Positions 60,638 through 64,000 of a stretch of 64,000 bases of DNA are shown piece after piece. The translations under genes and the position numbers were made by a program. This stretch comes from Curvularia clavata (Eukaryota): NCBI GenBank assembly GCA_023920165.1, contig CP089275.1, forward strand, positions 1-64,000, given 5' to 3'. Every line of letters begins with the position of its first letter. Positions within the stretch are counted from its first letter, which is position 1. A model generated the notes under the pieces. It was not told where the DNA came from. It saw only the letters and a list, made by a program, of their open reading frames with translations, and did no database searches.

Positions 60638-62145
60638 ATGAGATCATTCACAATTTCCAGTGTTCTGCTTTCGAGCCTTACGCTCCTCGAAGCAGCCAGC
60701 GTCCGAAGAGTAGCTAACGGCGTTGCAACCGTCGATCTTTCTAAGACTTTCGGCCAGGCAAAATTCCTTGCTTCTGGATGGATCTACGGATTTCCCGATA
60801 ACGGGACAGAAGCAGACACTTCGATTCCCGCGAATTACATTACGGACATCAAATTCGGTTCCAGCCGAGCTGGCGGTGCTCAAACGTCGTCCCGTGGCTG
60901 GGTCGATGGTTACGACAGCTACCTTCCGCGCTTCAAGTCCACCCTTTCCAACTACCGTACCACTCGGAAATACAATGGCGAGTTTATACTCCTCGTCCAT
61001 GACCTGTGGGGAGCAGACGGCAGCAGCATCCCTCGCTTCCCTGGCGACAATGGCAACTGGACCGAAACCGACGCCTTCTTGACCCAGCTCGTCAAAGATA
61101 TCAAGGCCAACAACATGCTCAACGGCCTTATCCTCGACATCTGGAACGAGCCTGATATTGACATATTCTGGGCTCGCACTTGGTCCCAATTCCTCGATTA
61201 CTACGTCCACGCCCACAACTTTTTCAAGCAAGTCTCCACGCACATATCCCATTCTAGTTTCTCCCTAGACTACTAGCTAATCAACCCTCACCGACCAGAA
61301 AAAACCTTCCCTCAACTATCATAAGTGGCCCTTCCATGGCCAATAGCCCTAGCACCAACTCCGAAACATGGCAAACCTGGCTGAGCACCATAGCAAGCAA
61401 AAACGCCATCCCGGATATTTACTCCTGGCACCAGATCGGTGACTGGAACCGCCAACCTGATGCGACAATACCTGACTTTAACACCCTCCGCTCCTCGAAA
61501 AGACTCCCTGAACGTCCCATCGACATTAACGAGTATGCAGCAAAAGAAGAGCAAACCCCCGGCTGCTCCGTGTACTACATTGCTCAACTCGAGCGGCACA
61601 ACCTGCGTGGTCTGCGCGCAAACTGGGGATCTGGAACGGGCCTTCACGATTCGCTCGCCAATCTGGTCTTCAACAAGAGTGAGGCTGGGTATCGTCCGAA
61701 TGGGGAGTGGCAGTTGTACAAGTACTACGCCGGGATGACGGGAGAGAGACTTGCAACCAATGCGGCAGCTGATGGTCGTTTTGACGTATTCGCGACTAAA
61801 TCTGCGGATGGACTTGTGAAGGTTATCGCAGGGACGCGCAGTGTGAAGGGTCAGTACGATATTCAGCTTACTGGATTGAAGGGCGCGTCAGTCAGTGTTG
61901 CGACATATCGCATCGACTGGGCGGGGCCTGCGGGCGAGATTTTGGCACCAGCGGCGTTGGGTATGAGCACGGTGAATATTAATAGTGGGATGGTGAGTTA
62001 TATTCCTTTGTTTTGCTTCTTTCTTTTCCCTGGTAAGGATCTCGATGGGAAGATTGCTAATATCTCATCTGAACAGATTACTATCTCGGTTGATCCTGCG
62101 ACTAATGCGACCGCATATGCGTATGAAATTTCTGGTGCGAAGTAG
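60638..62145 (+). CDS. Secreted glycoside hydrolase, GH39-like (clan GH-A)
   Basis: Signal peptide, ASGWIYG, DIWNEPD, YSWH, DINEY. GC-AG intron at 61228-61298 and a probable in-frame intron at about 61993-62075. Confidence 0.85.
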
Positions 62146-62720
62146 TGAACTGTCACCTCTAGCCTTGTTGTTGATCTCCATGCCCAGAGAGTCCTAAAAC
62201 AACCGCGTTCTGGGATTTTGTATGCGAACTATATAGAGGGACTCTCCGCAATCAATCTTCATCTTTCTGTTCATGCATGTATCTGTACAGCAGTGGTTTG
62301 CTTCCGCCCCACACATCAATTGCACCTGCATGTGATGTGCTTGAGAACTGCATTGATCCTTTTGTATGTAACATGGACATATGGAATATAGAACTCCAGT
62401 TTTTTGCAATGGGATTGAGGTATTCAGTCATGATGGAATATATATGTAGCTTATCAGCGAAACGCTCAGATGCAGGTCGAGGGCAAATGGAAGCTAAGTT
62501 ATGTGAAGAAGCTCAAGTACCTGAAAGGATTAACTAGCGTTGATGAGCCACGGCAAAAACAAAATTGATGCCATCACCCCCATTGACACACACAATGATA
62601 TCCAGATGAAGCTCAACAAGAAAAGAACAGCAAAAAAGAACGGTACGTTGGACAGATGAGGAAGAGGAGATATATGATAATGTGCCGGAACCAAGACCTG
62701 TACTTCGCTTGCATTTTTCT

Positions 62721-62754
62721 TCCATCCATCCATCCATCCATCCATCCGTCCGTC
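62721..62754. repeat. (TCCA)n microsatellite
   Basis: About six TCCA units grading into TCCG. Confidence 0.85.
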
Positions 62755-63127
62755 GTTTCAACCTCCCGAACACGCTTTTGACACTAGTTCCTGTAGAAGA
62801 CGATGCTGCTGCGGATTTTATGACTTTTCTAAATACTCGCCTCAAACTCCAACCTTGTCGTTGGAAGCTAGGCCGACCTCAACAAGGCTGCCTCCTAACA
62901 TTCTCGTCAAACACCACGTTACGGTGATAAGAACCATATCCTCACGAAGTCTGACCACAGGCTGGCTTCATCATCAAGTCTGATGGAGGAGGAAACTGAT
63001 TGATGGAGTGATAGATTAGTGCTGTGAGAGGTATGATATACATGCAATGAGCTACGTGATATCCTCACATGGATAGCTACCCACTCGAACACCCAGGCCC
63101 TAGCCTGCTGGTGTTGTAAAAGCAATC

Positions 63128-64000
63128 TCAGCCCGCTTTTACGACTACCTGCCCACCAGTCAGTCCAGCCGCCTTGGCCGTGACGGTAATCTGCCCTGTC
63201 GCCCCCGCATTTGCCCTCACAATGGCCAAGGCGAGCCCAGAGAATGCCCTACGGCTCGCACTTGGGAAAGCCGTCATGTCCGTGGGGTCGCCGTTATCGG
63301 TCGACACGAGAAGCCCTGGACCGCTGACGCCAAAAGTGATGGTGTTGTCTGCGCGGGGCACCACCGTCCCGTTCGAGTCTGTGACGGCCACGCTGACATA
63401 AGCCAAATCCTTTCCATCGGCGGATATGCTTGTGCGGTCTACCGTGACATTCAACGTAGCCGCCGACCCGGCCGTTTTGCGTGTATCCACTGCCCACTGA
63501 TTGCCATTTTTGTAGGCTACGGCGCGCAGGTCGCCGGCGCTATATTTGACTTTGTCCCAGCGGAAACGATAGACGGACTTGCCGGATCGTTCCTGGCGAC
63601 CAGCAGAGACGCCATTGACGAAGAGCTCGACCTCGTCCGCAGAGCTGAAGACATGCACAGGCGTCACTTGGCCAACCCGTTCCGGCCAGGTCCAATGCGG
63701 AAGAATGTGAGCCATGGGCAATTCGGGCCGCCAGCGAGCTTGATAACTATAGAAGCGATCCTTCTTGAAGCCTGCCAGGTCGACGATGCCAAAGTAGGAG
63801 CTGCGCGCACCACCATTGCCTCCGTAGGGGGTTGGCTCGCCAATGTAGTCGAAACCAGTCCACACAAACTCGCCGGCCACGAAAGGAAAGTTGTCCTGCG
63901 ACTGGAATACCGTGTCCGGGCTGCCTCCCCAACCCGGGTTCTGGAGTTCATACGCGCTGACCCACATGTGGCTGCTGTCGGAACCGCCGTTGTTGTTGTA
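63128..64000 (-). CDS. Glycoside hydrolase family 2 (beta-galactosidase-like), C-terminal part; 5' end lies beyond the window
   Basis: GEFVWTGFDYIGEPTPY, RSSYFGIVDLAGFKKDRFY, AHILPHWTW, DNGDPTD. Confidence 0.92.
   Translation of the reverse strand, partial: YNNNGGSDSSHMWVSAYELQNPGWGGSPDTVFQSQDNFPFVAGEFVWTGFDYIGEPTPYGGNGGARSSYFGIVDLAGFKKDRFYSYQARWRPELPMAHILPHWTWPERVGQVTPVHVFSSADEVELFVNGVSAGRQERSGKSVYRFRWDKVKYSAGDLRAVAYKNGNQWAVDTRKTAGSAATLNVTVDRTSISADGKDLAYVSVAVTDSNGTVVPRADNTITFGVSGPGLLVSTDNGDPTDMTAFPSASRRAFSGLALAIVRANAGATGQITVTAKAAGLTGGQVVVKAG

Overview
This is the left end of a filamentous ascomycete chromosome. The CCCTAA telomere, short spliceosomal introns and strong CpA->TpA (RIP-like) mutation of repeats suggest a Dothideomycete/Pleosporales-like fungus, which is an inference. 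The telomere (1-125) joins directly onto the protease region of a RIP-degraded Gypsy element that holds a solo LTR and an intact DD34E Tc1/mariner. The first host gene is a complete highly reducing PKS (KS-AT-DH-cMT-ER-KR-ACP) accompanied only by two MFS transporters. The 16-40 kb region is a transposon nest: four 1855-bp pogo/Fot1 copies across the window (three TIR types), a RIP'd chromoviral Gypsy with an extra antisense Zn2Cys6-like/coiled-coil ORF, a 486-bp TRIM, and an intron-containing Tc1 with long TIRs. The proximal part is gene-rich: a Cys-rich type I membrane protein, a DUF3112-like protein, a PhyH dioxygenase next to a Zn2Cys6 TF, and an orphan membrane protein. It ends in a sugar-utilisation neighbourhood: a MAL-type transporter, a C2H2+Zn2Cys6 TF with an apparently broken splice acceptor, GH31, a decayed paralog of that TF, GH39-like and a partial GH2. 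All calls come from reading motifs by eye; no database searches were run.
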